DNA of 61,050 nt from a virus (Duplodnaviria > Caudoviricetes). Location: the IMG/VR virus record IMGVR_UViG_3300032288_004306, positions 1 through 61,050 of that record; one strand, written 5' to 3'. Below the pieces are notes generated by a model, which was not told where the DNA came from, did not search any database, and saw only the letters and a list, made by a program, of their open reading frames with translations. A program made the position numbers and the translations under genes. Of the stretch, positions 1 to 8,948 are shown piece by piece. Within the stretch, counting starts at the first letter, position 1. Each line of letters starts with the position of its first letter.

Positions 1-1
1 A

Positions 2-250
2 ATGAAGAAATTAATCATTGGATTGATTATGTTATCTGCGCCAGCGATGGCTCAAGACCGCGTGACGCAGTATGACTTTGACAAGGATGGCAAAGTTTCT
101 TTTGAAGATGTAAATCGTTATTGTACAGTATCAAGGGGTCTCTTTGATCGCGCTGATAAAGATAGCGATGGCTTTTTGAGTAACTCAGAAATGCGTCAAG
201 CAAATCGCTATTTGTTCTCACGCTGCATGGAAGTACCAAAAAACGGGTAA
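2..250 (+). CDS. Small secreted EF-hand Ca2+-binding protein
   Basis: Signal peptide MKKLIIGLIMLSAPAMA; two EF-hand loops DFDKDGKVSFED and DKDSDGFLSNSE. Confidence 0.75.
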   Translation: MKKLIIGLIMLSAPAMAQDRVTQYDFDKDGKVSFEDVNRYCTVSRGLFDRADKDSDGFLSNSEMRQANRYLFSRCMEVPKNG

Positions 251-255
251 TTATT

Positions 256-402
256 ATGGCTGACGAAGTCGAACATGTTTGTATTATTTGTGGCTGGAAA
301 TATGATGAGAACAAATATGGGAAATGGGAAGATCTCTCAGATGACTTCGAATGTCCTGATTGTCGTTCAGAAAAAGATCTATTTGAAGAAAGAAAATTTT
401 AA
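256..402 (+). CDS. Rubredoxin (48 aa, not in ORF track)
   Basis: Manual translation MADEVEHVCIICGWKYDENKYGKWEDLSDDFECPDCRSEKDLFEERKF: CxxCG..Y, W..L.DDF.CPxC, K..F rubredoxin pattern. Confidence 0.88.
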   Translation: MADEVEHVCIICGWKYDENKYGKWEDLSDDFECPDCRSEKDLFEERKF

Positions 403-418
403 AAGGATGGATTATTAA

Positions 419-931
419 ATGAACTGGGTAAATGTAATCAAAGAAGGTTTGCCAGAATATGCAAAAGATACAAGATTAAATCTTGATGCCGTTCTGCTGC
501 GTAGTTCAATTGATCCTACTGTAGCGCAAGGATGCGCACTTGCTGCAGCATTTGCGGCTGGTAATGCTAGACTAGCGACAGCAATCGACGCAGAAATCAC
601 TGATCGTAAGGAAGCCGACGCTGCGTTGACTGCTGCCTCTATCATGGCACAGAATAATGTTTGGTATCCATACGTTGAAATGGCTGATGATCCCACACTC
701 AAAGGATTGCCTGCGCAACTTCGTATGAACGGTATCATGAATCACGGTGGCACTTCGAAGATCAACTTCGAAGCATATTCTCTCTCTGCCTCAATCGTAG
801 GCAAATGCCACTTCTGTGTGAAGGCTCACTATGATACTCTCAAGAAAGAGGGTATGACAGTTGAGCAACTTCGCGATGTTGGTCGTATTGCGGCAGTGAT
901 TAATTCTGTAGCAAAGGTTTTAAACGGCTGA
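419..931 (+). CDS. ahpD: Alkylhydroperoxidase AhpD
   Basis: LPEYAKDTRLNL N-terminus, MAQNNVWY, E..SL..S...KCHFCVKAH catalytic CxxC-His motif. Confidence 0.9.
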   Translation: MNWVNVIKEGLPEYAKDTRLNLDAVLLRSSIDPTVAQGCALAAAFAAGNARLATAIDAEITDRKEADAALTAASIMAQNNVWYPYVEMADDPTLKGLPAQLRMNGIMNHGGTSKINFEAYSLSASIVGKCHFCVKAHYDTLKKEGMTVEQLRDVGRIAAVINSVAKVLNG

Positions 932-937
932 TACATT

Positions 938-1591
938 ATGCCTGATTTTTATTGCATGGGAAATTATCGCCCATTAAGTAAGGTTGAAGATACTGACCTT
1001 ATTCATGAATTGTTTTCTGTAAAGATTTTTGTAGAAGAGAATTTCTTATCACCAGAGCAATGTGCTGAATTTCTTTTTTATGCTAAGAATGAAGATAGAA
1101 AAGAACACAAATTAATTTACGGCGAAGGAAAAAGTTCTCATGCAAAACAACCATTTTTTAATCAAATACCTAATCGCAACAAAATAATCTCTGCTATTCA
1201 AAATAGAATTGATTTTTATTCTAATTCAATTGGAATGAATTCATGTTTTTTTGATGTTAACACCTCATGGTGTAATATTCAACAACTCAATAGTTCTTTG
1301 CAATTTCATGCCCACACTAGAAGCCAAATAACTGGAGTCATTTTTATTCATGTGGATTCTAACTCAGCGCCATTACAATTTATAAATCCCAATTATGGTG
1401 CATTTTATCATGACAATGGTGATATCATAAAACCTACAAATACACCAATAGTTTCTTATAGACCAAAAAATGGTGATTTGATACTATTCCCATCTTGGCT
1501 AGTTCATGGAAATATAAATAATCAAACAAATAATAGAACAGTAATAAGTTTTAATTGTATTAATCAAGTTCCAATTAAGGGTGATTTATGA
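938..1591 (+). CDS. Putative 2OG-Fe(II) oxygenase (TIGR02466-like)
   Basis: SWCN...HAH...ITGVIFI...GDLILFPSWLVH...RTVISFN. Confidence 0.85.
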   Translation: MPDFYCMGNYRPLSKVEDTDLIHELFSVKIFVEENFLSPEQCAEFLFYAKNEDRKEHKLIYGEGKSSHAKQPFFNQIPNRNKIISAIQNRIDFYSNSIGMNSCFFDVNTSWCNIQQLNSSLQFHAHTRSQITGVIFIHVDSNSAPLQFINPNYGAFYHDNGDIIKPTNTPIVSYRPKNGDLILFPSWLVHGNINNQTNNRTVISFNCINQVPIKGDL

Positions 1592-1746
1592 ATGATTCAA
1601 AACAATATCCATGCGCATGCGGACGCAGTCCGACTGGCTATTGCATTGGCTTGCATGCAATGACAACTGAGCAATACAAGAAGTATCTTGAAGAGCAACA
1701 AAAGTCTTTGAATGAACAAATAAAACCACAGTTTTTAAGAGATTAA
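1588..1746 (+). CDS. Small CDGSH-like [2Fe-2S]/Zn-binding protein (52 aa, not in ORF track)
   Basis: Manual translation MNDSKQYPCACGRSPTGYCIGLHAMTTEQYKKYLEEQQKSLNEQIKPQFLRD; C-x-C-GRS-x4-C-x-G-x-H (3Cys-1His); ATGA overlap with the upstream gene. Confidence 0.7.
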   Translation: MNDSKQYPCACGRSPTGYCIGLHAMTTEQYKKYLEEQQKSLNEQIKPQFLRD

Positions 1747-2026
1747 TGGTTGTAAACTGACAATTAAAGGTGTTCTGGACTCGGGTTCGACCCCCGACAT
1801 CTCCACCAAATGCCCATCACCTCTGCAGCAATGTACGTGGTGGCTATCTTATGGGGATGAATTTGGCTTCGACAGGGCAAGTAATAACCTGACAGCAACC
1901 AGTGAGGCGACTGACTTAATCAGCGCAAACAAAGTAAACGCAAACGACGATTACTTCGAAATGGCTCTCGCTGCTTAATTGCAGTATGAGATTACCAGAG
2001 TTGACCGCTTGGTAACAGAAAGGTCT
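1747..2026 (+). ncRNA. ssrA: Circularly permuted (two-piece) tmRNA
   Basis: Acceptor piece comes first: T-arm TCGGG-TTCGACC-CCCGA then CATCTCC-A-CCA ending at 1808. A 44-nt intervening segment follows. The coding piece starts GGGGATG at 1853 and pairs with CATCTCC including G3.U70. Tag ORF 1940-1978 reads ANDDYFEMALAA*. Confidence 0.93.
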
Positions 2027-2027
2027 G

Positions 2028-2059
2028 GGATGGTGGTGCGAACCACCATCCTTTTCTTT
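2028..2059 (+). terminator. Intrinsic terminator after tmRNA
   Basis: GGATGGTGGT-GCGA-ACCACCATCC perfect 10-bp stem followed by TTTTCTTT. Confidence 0.88.
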
Positions 2060-2085
2060 CCACTGCAATAATGGAGGCAACTAAC

Positions 2086-2724
2086 ATGAATGCAGTAGAT
2101 ATATTACATAATGTAGAAAATTATTTTGATCGCAATCACAATTTGTTCTGTATGTGGGGTGGGCTTTTCTCGCTCATATTTTTTGGAATCTTTATCCCAT
2201 ATAGAATGTTGGCAATACAAGAGGCAACCCTAACTGCTCAGTTGTCAGCATATCAAACACAAAACTCATATCTTGCCACGCAAGTGAATGATATGTCAAG
2301 AGAGATGAAGTTCTTGCAACTCAGTTATGACGAAAAGAAAAAAGTCATGCGCGAAGTTGATTGTCTTGCAAAGAACATTTACTTCGAAGCACGAGGAGAA
2401 CCACGCGCTGGCAAGATTGCTGTTGCTGAAGTGACGATGAATCGTGTCAAGAGTAAACAATTCCCTCGTTCTGTTTGCGGTGTCGTCTATCAAAAGACCA
2501 AAGGCACTTGCCAGTTCTCTTGGGTCTGTGAAGGTAATAAAACAATTCGCAATCGTTCAGCATGGAAAGAGTCCTTGCAAATTGCTGAAACGATATTGAT
2601 TTTAGACAGAGACTATGGTATAATTGGATCTGCAAAGTATTTTCATGCAGACTATGTTGACCCTGAGTGGGCAGAACGCAAAAAATTGATTCGCAAGATT
2701 GGCAATCACATATTTTATCATTGA
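2086..2724 (+). CDS. SleB-like cell wall hydrolase with N-terminal membrane anchor
   Basis: CLAKNIYFEARGE, VTMNRV, FP.SVCGVVYQ, CQFSW, IGNHIFY; GGAGG RBS favours ATG 2086 over 2071. Confidence 0.9.
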   Translation: MNAVDILHNVENYFDRNHNLFCMWGGLFSLIFFGIFIPYRMLAIQEATLTAQLSAYQTQNSYLATQVNDMSREMKFLQLSYDEKKKVMREVDCLAKNIYFEARGEPRAGKIAVAEVTMNRVKSKQFPRSVCGVVYQKTKGTCQFSWVCEGNKTIRNRSAWKESLQIAETILILDRDYGIIGSAKYFHADYVDPEWAERKKLIRKIGNHIFYH

Positions 2725-2730
2725 GGCTTT

Positions 2731-3759
2731 ATGAGAATTATTGAAGACGTTAAATTGGACTATAAAGATGTCCTGATTACTCCGAAACGATCTACGCTCT
2801 CATCAAGGAGTCAAGTAAGCCTCGAAAGAACTTTCACTTTTAGAAGCGGCAATAGTTGGAAAGGTGTTCCCATTATTGCTGCTAACATGGACGGTGTTGG
2901 CACATTTGAGATGGATGCTGAGTTGAACAAACACAAGATGATGGTTGCGGTGACCAAGCATTACTCTCAAGAAGATCTTATTGATCACTTTATACAAAAA
3001 TTTAACAGCAGCGTCTACTCGATGGGCATCTCAGACGCAGACTTATACAAATTTAATAAAGTTGTTGAATCAAATATTGTAAAGAACTGGAATATCAAAG
3101 TTTGTATTGATGTTGCAAACGGATACACGCAAAGTTTCGTGGACTTTATTAAAGAGTTCCGCGATGATCATCCAAATGTTTTATTGATGGCAGGTAATGT
3201 TGTCACACCAGAAATGACAGAGGAACTAATTCTTGCAGGTGTGGATATTGTCAAAGTTGGTATTGGTCCTGGTTCTGTTTGCACTACACGCAAAAAGACA
3301 GGCGTCGGCTACCCGCAGTTGAGTGCAGTTATTGAGTGCGCGGATGCAGCACATGGTCTCAGGGGTCATATCATAGCGGATGGAGGGTGTTCCGTTCCTG
3401 GAGACGTAGTGAAAGCATTCGCTGCGGGAGCCGATTTTGTGATGCTTGGTGGAATGTTGGCTGGTCACAAGGAAGGTGGAGCAACTCCGCTGGGTGGAAA
3501 TAAATTCTACGGAATGAGTTCAGATACTGCAATGGATTTGCATAATGGTGGTGTTGCTAATTACAGAGCATCTGAGGGTAAGACTGTAGAGATTCCATAT
3601 CGTGGCGAGGTTAAACTTACTATGCAAGATATTTTGGGTGGATTACGTTCGGCATGTACATATGTGGGGGCAAGTGAATTGAAAGAGTTGAGTAAGCGCA
3701 CAACATTTGTTCGTGTGACTCAGCAGTTGAACAATTCCTTGAGTGCGTATGAGGTCTAA
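2731..3759 (+). CDS. guaC: GMP reductase
   Basis: [64 protein letters not shown]. Confidence 0.95.
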   Translation: MRIIEDVKLDYKDVLITPKRSTLSSRSQVSLERTFTFRSGNSWKGVPIIAANMDGVGTFEMDAELNKHKMMVAVTKHYSQEDLIDHFIQKFNSSVYSMGISDADLYKFNKVVESNIVKNWNIKVCIDVANGYTQSFVDFIKEFRDDHPNVLLMAGNVVTPEMTEELILAGVDIVKVGIGPGSVCTTRKKTGVGYPQLSAVIECADAAHGLRGHIIADGGCSVPGDVVKAFAAGADFVMLGGMLAGHKEGGATPLGGNKFYGMSSDTAMDLHNGGVANYRASEGKTVEIPYRGEVKLTMQDILGGLRSACTYVGASELKELSKRTTFVRVTQQLNNSLSAYEV

Positions 3760-3760
3760 C

Positions 3761-3982
3761 ATGGCAAGCCGTGAAGAAAAAAATAACTTCTCTATGATGA
3801 TCATGAATTTGGCGATTTCAGAAAAGATCGATCATATGGATGCAATTACTTCTTATTGCGAACGAAATAATCTTGAGATTGAAGTTGCTGCAAGTTTGAT
3901 CAATGACTCTCTGAAGAGCATCATTGAGGGTGAAGCCATGGAGTTAAGATTTTTGCCACGAGGAAGTCGATTGCCATTATGA
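3761..3982 (+). CDS. 33: Late transcription coactivator gp33
   Basis: DHMDAI..YCE.NNLEIE....LI..SLK..IE.EA.ELRFLP...RLPL; position upstream of gp59/gp32; GAGG RBS before ATG 3761. Confidence 0.85.
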   Translation: MASREEKNNFSMMIMNLAISEKIDHMDAITSYCERNNLEIEVAASLINDSLKSIIEGEAMELRFLPRGSRLPL

Positions 3983-4575
3983 TGGAAACACATCATTATT
4001 TTCCAACTGCGATTTCCTCAGGGATAAATGTGCCATTGGCAGAAAAGATGTTGCCAATTGTAAAAAAATATTTGGAAGATGATAAGTGTACTAAAAATTT
4101 AGGGTATAAGACTACTTTTTCGGCTTGTCAACTTCACCAATATCCTGAATTTAATGAATTCAGTAATTATGTTTGTGATTTAGGTCATAAATTCTTAGAC
4201 AGACAAGGTTATGATAGCCGATCACTTAATTTGTCAACACAAATGTTTGCAAATGAAATGCATTCTGGTGATGAGCATATGCAGCACACTCATCCAAATT
4301 GTTTGTTGTCTGGTGTTTTCTACTTACAGGTAGATAGCGAATCATCGCCTTTGGTTTTTATAGACCCGAGACCATTTAGAAAATTTTTTTCGTTAAAACA
4401 TAGTCGATTGACAGAGTTTAATCAAGCAGAATATTCTTTTAATGTTGAGAACGGATTAATTATAATGTGGGAATCTTGGTTAGAACATTATGTTCCTAAA
4501 AATTTGAATTTAAATGGTAGTAGAATATCATTGGTGTTTAATATATCAACACCAACATTACAGAATCAAAGGTAG
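3979..4575 (+). CDS. Putative 2OG-Fe(II) oxygenase (TIGR02466-like)
   Basis: HTHPNCLLSGVFYL, F.DPRP, WESWLEH.V..N...RISLVFN. Confidence 0.87.
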   Translation: MMETHHYFPTAISSGINVPLAEKMLPIVKKYLEDDKCTKNLGYKTTFSACQLHQYPEFNEFSNYVCDLGHKFLDRQGYDSRSLNLSTQMFANEMHSGDEHMQHTHPNCLLSGVFYLQVDSESSPLVFIDPRPFRKFFSLKHSRLTEFNQAEYSFNVENGLIIMWESWLEHYVPKNLNLNGSRISLVFNISTPTLQNQR

Positions 4576-4586
4576 GAACATATTCA

Positions 4587-5195
4587 GTGAACGGATACGA
4601 TTTGTATTGCATCTATCAAGCCATCAAGTTGCACTTCACGTCAGAGAGTTATAACTTCTTTCAATATGATGGCAAAACTCGAGTATCAGTAGATGCATTT
4701 CAAAAACGTCGTGACAAGTTTCTATTCCACCGCCTTGCGCGCAAGTATCGCGACGATGAGATGGTTCCATTTCTGGTTGCTAATTTTGTACACAGTGACG
4801 ATAACTGGACCAAGTCATTGCTTGAAGACCAGGCTGAAGAAACTTATAGGGATTGGAAACGAACCACGGATTCGATGACCAAAGTGTATCTGGAAGATCT
4901 GCAAAAGATTTGCCCTGATCCAAAAGAGTTTAACAATTTATTTAAAGTTGAAGATGGACAGTTTCCAAAACTGTTAGTGGCATTTCTCCAAAAAGATGTG
5001 ACGATTGAGACTCTTGTGATTCTTAATAACATCTTCAACTTTATTCAAATTTGGGACAAGAAGATTTCAGATGATATCATCTATCCCAAGGTGTCAAGAA
5101 AGGTGCGCAAGTATGGTGCTTTTCTTGCGGTGAACGTTGACAAGTATAAGCAACTGACAAAGGAAACTTTACTTGCGAACGAAAATGCTATATAA
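4587..5195 (+). CDS. 59: Helicase loader gp59
   Basis: Y..Y.AIKLHFT...YNFF.Y.GK, F.KRRDK..F..LA, IETLVIL; GTG start; located between gp33 and gp32. Confidence 0.9.
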   Translation: MNGYDLYCIYQAIKLHFTSESYNFFQYDGKTRVSVDAFQKRRDKFLFHRLARKYRDDEMVPFLVANFVHSDDNWTKSLLEDQAEETYRDWKRTTDSMTKVYLEDLQKICPDPKEFNNLFKVEDGQFPKLLVAFLQKDVTIETLVILNNIFNFIQIWDKKISDDIIYPKVSRKVRKYGAFLAVNVDKYKQLTKETLLANENAI

Positions 5196-5196
5196 T
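5168..5196 (+). promoter_or_regulatory. Sigma70-type (early) promoter for gp32
   Basis: TTTACT (5168-5173), 17-nt spacer, TATAAT (5191-5196). Confidence 0.6.
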
Positions 5197-5261
5197 GATA
5201 TGGTAATGAAGAAAGTGGACAAGTCGATATACATTAATACTACGCTATACGGAGAATACAA

Positions 5262-6161
5262 ATGAGTCTAGCAAATCTAAAGAACAAGAGTTCTTCTCTT
5301 GATAAGTTGAAGAAGGCAGTTGAGCAATCTTCTGCTGGTAACACTGGTGGCAAGAACATTGATGATCGTTTTTGGCAACCAGAAGTTGACGCTGCTGGCA
5401 ACGGATACGCAGTTATCCGCTTCCTCGATACGCCAGCCGTCGATGGTGAAGATGGTCTGCCGTGGGTACAAATTTGGTCACACGGTTTCCAAGGTCCAGG
5501 TGGTTGGTACATTGAGAATTCTCTCACAACTCTTGGCAAGACCGATCCTGTTTCTGAGTACAACACTGTTCTGTGGAACTCAGGCGTCGAAGCAAACAAA
5601 GAAATTGCTCGCAAACAAAAGCGCAAGTTGACCTACATCGCAAACATTCTTGTAGTTTCTGACGCCAAGCGTCCGCAAAATGAAGGCAAGGTGTTCTTGT
5701 TCAAGTTCGGAAAGAAGATTTTCGACAAGATCAAGGAGCAACTTGAGCCGCAATTTGCTGATGAGACTCCAATGAATCCGTTTGACTTCTGGAAGGGTGC
5801 GAACTTCAAGGTCAAGATTCGTAACGTCGAAGGCTATCGCAACTATGACAAGTCGGAGTTTGAGGCTCCTGCTGCATTGTTGAATGGTGATGATGCGAAG
5901 ATTGAGCAGGTTTGGAAGTCTGCATATTCACTCAAGGATTTCTTGAAGCCTGATAACTTCAAGTCCTATGATGAACTCAAGGCGAAGTTAGACAAGGTTC
6001 TTGGTGCTGGTGGCGTTGCTGGCGCAACCGCAAAGCGAGTTGATGATGAGGAAGCAGCCGCTCCTGTCATTCGCTCTGCTCCAGCCAAGAAAGTAACTGC
6101 TGAGAATGTCAGCGTCGATGATGACGATATGGCGTTCTTCGAGAAACTTGCCGCTGAGTAA
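5262..6161 (+). CDS. 32: Single-stranded DNA-binding protein gp32
   Basis: DDRFW, GNGYAVIRFL, HGFQGPGGWYIENSLTT, FKFGKKIFDKI, NYDKSEF, acidic tail DDDDMAFFEKLAAE. Confidence 0.97.
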   Translation: MSLANLKNKSSSLDKLKKAVEQSSAGNTGGKNIDDRFWQPEVDAAGNGYAVIRFLDTPAVDGEDGLPWVQIWSHGFQGPGGWYIENSLTTLGKTDPVSEYNTVLWNSGVEANKEIARKQKRKLTYIANILVVSDAKRPQNEGKVFLFKFGKKIFDKIKEQLEPQFADETPMNPFDFWKGANFKVKIRNVEGYRNYDKSEFEAPAALLNGDDAKIEQVWKSAYSLKDFLKPDNFKSYDELKAKLDKVLGAGGVAGATAKRVDDEEAAAPVIRSAPAKKVTAENVSVDDDDMAFFEKLAAE

Positions 6162-6190
6162 TTTCGATTAGAAAACCGTAGATGTTTTCA

Positions 6191-6216
6191 GGGGGACTTC
6201 GAAGTCCCCCTTTTTT
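6191..6216 (+). terminator. Intrinsic terminator after gp32, at the convergence with the leftward operon
   Basis: GGGGGACT-TCGA-AGTCCCCC followed by TTTTTT. Confidence 0.9.
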
Positions 6217-8941
6217 ATGACACAATCGCTGATGTAAACGCAGTTGGGTGAGAGAAATCTTTAGCCAATGCTCTATTAAATGAGTTATCATTTGAGCGAG
6301 TTGATGCTTTTGGTACTGGTGTTTTTGGTGATTCGATTGGTTTTTGAGAACCACTTTGATTATTATTAATCACCACAGGAGCAGCAGGTGCTGCTTGCGC
6401 AGTCATCTTCGAAGTTTCTAGTTGAGCAGAGCCTTGAGCAACATCAGTTCCTGCTGTATTTGTAACAGGAGATATATTTGCGTTTAATGGTGCTGCAGCA
6501 GGTGGTTGCGCTTCCATCGATGATGGTGGTGCTGCATTTGTTGATGCAGCCACTGCTTGTTGTTCTGCGCCAGCAGTTGCTGGTGGTGGGGCTGCTCCGC
6601 CACCAGAATCAGAGACAGGTGGAAGTGATGCTTTCTGATTCTGAGCCATTGGTGGAGAAGGTGGTAATGATTCAGATTTACCAGTTTCCAAATTGACCAT
6701 GTTACCTTTTGAATCAGCAACTAATGGTTTAGCATTTGGATCAGGATTATCTGGAGTAGGTGCACCTTCTAGTGGTTGAATGTGCCATGGCTCATGACTT
6801 AATGGTCTTTTTAAACCGAACATTGCTAGGAATGAATCTGTTGTGACCTTTTGACCATTGAAGGTCATGCCATTAATGGCATCGATACCTGCTGCACCTT
6901 TACTGTTAATATCAACTGCAGTTCCACGACCATGTGCGCTACCTTTACCACCTAATGCTGCTGGCAGTGCAACCCACTTGCGAGTCATTTTAGTTAATTG
7001 TGCTTCAGTGGCATTTGGGTTGGCTGCTTTCAATTCGTTGTATTTTGCAGTCCATAGTTTCATCTGCTTTTCATCTGAACGATATCCAGATGTAAGCATA
7101 AGTTTCTTACCAGTAACTTTTTGAAACGCTTCTGCCATTCGTGCAAGACGATCTTGCATTCCAGATTGCAATCCTGCAGTATCGATACCTGCGTTTTGTT
7201 TCGTTGTGACTTGATCTAGTTTTGGTGATGGTCCAGAGAATAAATTCGAAACTGCACTTGCAACTTGTTTTGCACCAGAAACAACACCTGCCCCGATCTC
7301 TTTGGCTTTATCAACTGCAGTTTCAAGGAATGTCTTTGGTTGCGCAGCTGGTGGTGTTGGTGCAACTGGTGCTGCAGCTCCACCCACGGCTGCTGGAATT
7401 GTTGCTGCGGTTGCAGTTGTAGCTGCTACAGTGCCTGCGCCAGGAAGTGCACTCTTATCTGCTGCAGCAACTGGTGCCATTTTTTCTTTTACTGGAGCGG
7501 GTTTTGTTTCACCAGTGCTCTTTTTTTTCTGAGCCTTCTCATCATACAAGGCTTTTTCAGCATCTGATAGCGCAGAGAATTCTTGCCATAACTGATAAAG
7601 ATCATAAGCCATCCATAAACTGCCAGCGATAGTTAAAGCAGCACCTACCCAACCAGCACCAGGAATAGTTGCAAGTCCACCTGCAAGCGCGAGTCGTGCT
7701 CCAATTTTAGCAAATAGTGTGGGTGCTTTTTTCTTGACAAAACCAACAAATAAATCCCATGCTTTTGATTTAACGTTTTTTACAACTGCTGTTTGTCCAA
7801 TTTTCTTTACAGCAACCGCACCTGCGACGGCACCTGCGCCACCAGCACCTGTTGCAGCTGCTTGTAACTTAATATCTTTCTTTTCAGCAGCAATTTGATC
7901 GCCAACTATCTTCTTTTCTTCTGGCGTTTTTGCGGTCATAGCCTGTTCTTTCAGAGCCTCACCGCCTTGAACTTCTAGATTAGGATCACGCAATGAATCA
8001 ACTGCTTGATATGCGAGGAATCCACCTGCAGCTGCTCCTGCCAGTGCACCAATTCCACCAAATCCTCTTCCACCGCCTCTGCCGCGACCTCTTCCACGAC
8101 CACGACCTCTTCCACCTCCACCTCCACCCAATCCACTCAATGCGCTTTTGGCAAGCAACATGTTTAGTTTGTCATGGACAGAAAGTAAACCGAGTGTTGG
8201 CGTCACTCCATTCAATGAAGACAAAGCGTCTCCAGTTCTATTCATCAACTTCTTAGAGTCGAGATCACCGAGTTTATCTTCAAGATATTCTCTGAGTTGA
8301 ACTAATGGTTGTTCATCTGCACCAATGGCTGAAGAAAGTATTGCTGTTCGAGCTGCAGCTCCACCAGTTGACGTTGCTTCTTTTGAAGAAACAAGTTTTC
8401 CTTCAGTATTTTTATATCGACCACCACCAGACATGCGTGGATCGAAAGTGTAACCAGATTTAAGTGAAGGTTTTGCTAAAGATCTTTCAATATTTTTAAC
8501 AATATTTTGAGTTTCAATTACCTTACGAATGATAATTGAAAGTGGCTTTGCAAGTTTACCGACTCCACTACCACCACCTCTTTCGCCCCTTTCTTTTTTG
8601 TCTAATCCAAATTTGGCTTGGGCTTCTTTAATCTTTTCTGGAGATTCCATTTTCTCCAAACCGAGATTCTTAAACATGTCACCCAAATCTCTTCCAAGCA
8701 ATCCTTCGAAGAATGCTTGACGTTTTCCGAGAGTGCCTCTCGTGGCGATGGCATATTCTTTTGAAACTTGTTGTCGCGCTTTTGCAGAAGCGATAGCACC
8801 ACCAATAAGACTCTTTCCTTCTCGTGCTTTGGCAGCTTCTGCTGATGCGACTTTTTCAAATGCATCAGTACTCCCTCTGCCCATTCGTCTATTGACTTCT
8901 GCGAGAATACCTTTTCTAATTTTTTCTGAGTCTACTGCCAT
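6215..8941 (-). CDS. Tape-measure/baseplate-hub (gp29-like) protein with an M15 (D-Ala-D-Ala, VanY-like) peptidase domain
   Basis: Long Ala/Gly-rich helical protein downstream of gp26/gp51; LTSGYRS..Q, SAHGRGTAVD and EPWH are M15 zinc-peptidase motifs; hydrophobic LALAGGLATIPGAGWVGAAL segment; C-terminal PVVINNN. Confidence 0.7.
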   Translation of the reverse strand: MAVDSEKIRKGILAEVNRRMGRGSTDAFEKVASAEAAKAREGKSLIGGAIASAKARQQVSKEYAIATRGTLGKRQAFFEGLLGRDLGDMFKNLGLEKMESPEKIKEAQAKFGLDKKERGERGGGSGVGKLAKPLSIIIRKVIETQNIVKNIERSLAKPSLKSGYTFDPRMSGGGRYKNTEGKLVSSKEATSTGGAAARTAILSSAIGADEQPLVQLREYLEDKLGDLDSKKLMNRTGDALSSLNGVTPTLGLLSVHDKLNMLLAKSALSGLGGGGGGRGRGRGRGRGRGGGRGFGGIGALAGAAAGGFLAYQAVDSLRDPNLEVQGGEALKEQAMTAKTPEEKKIVGDQIAAEKKDIKLQAAATGAGGAGAVAGAVAVKKIGQTAVVKNVKSKAWDLFVGFVKKKAPTLFAKIGARLALAGGLATIPGAGWVGAALTIAGSLWMAYDLYQLWQEFSALSDAEKALYDEKAQKKKSTGETKPAPVKEKMAPVAAADKSALPGAGTVAATTATAATIPAAVGGAAAPVAPTPPAAQPKTFLETAVDKAKEIGAGVVSGAKQVASAVSNLFSGPSPKLDQVTTKQNAGIDTAGLQSGMQDRLARMAEAFQKVTGKKLMLTSGYRSDEKQMKLWTAKYNELKAANPNATEAQLTKMTRKWVALPAALGGKGSAHGRGTAVDINSKGAAGIDAINGMTFNGQKVTTDSFLAMFGLKRPLSHEPWHIQPLEGAPTPDNPDPNAKPLVADSKGNMVNLETGKSESLPPSPPMAQNQKASLPPVSDSGGGAAPPPATAGAEQQAVAASTNAAPPSSMEAQPPAAAPLNANISPVTNTAGTDVAQGSAQLETSKMTAQAAPAAPVVINNNQSGSQKPIESPKTPVPKASTRSNDNSFNRALAKDFSHPTAFTSAIVS

Positions 8942-8948
8942 TTATTTT

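Noticed and set aside
1770-1808. tRNA-like 3' half (GGTTCGA...CCA)
   Set aside because: No D or anticodon arms upstream; its acceptor partner lies downstream at 1853, so it is the tmRNA acceptor piece and not a tRNA
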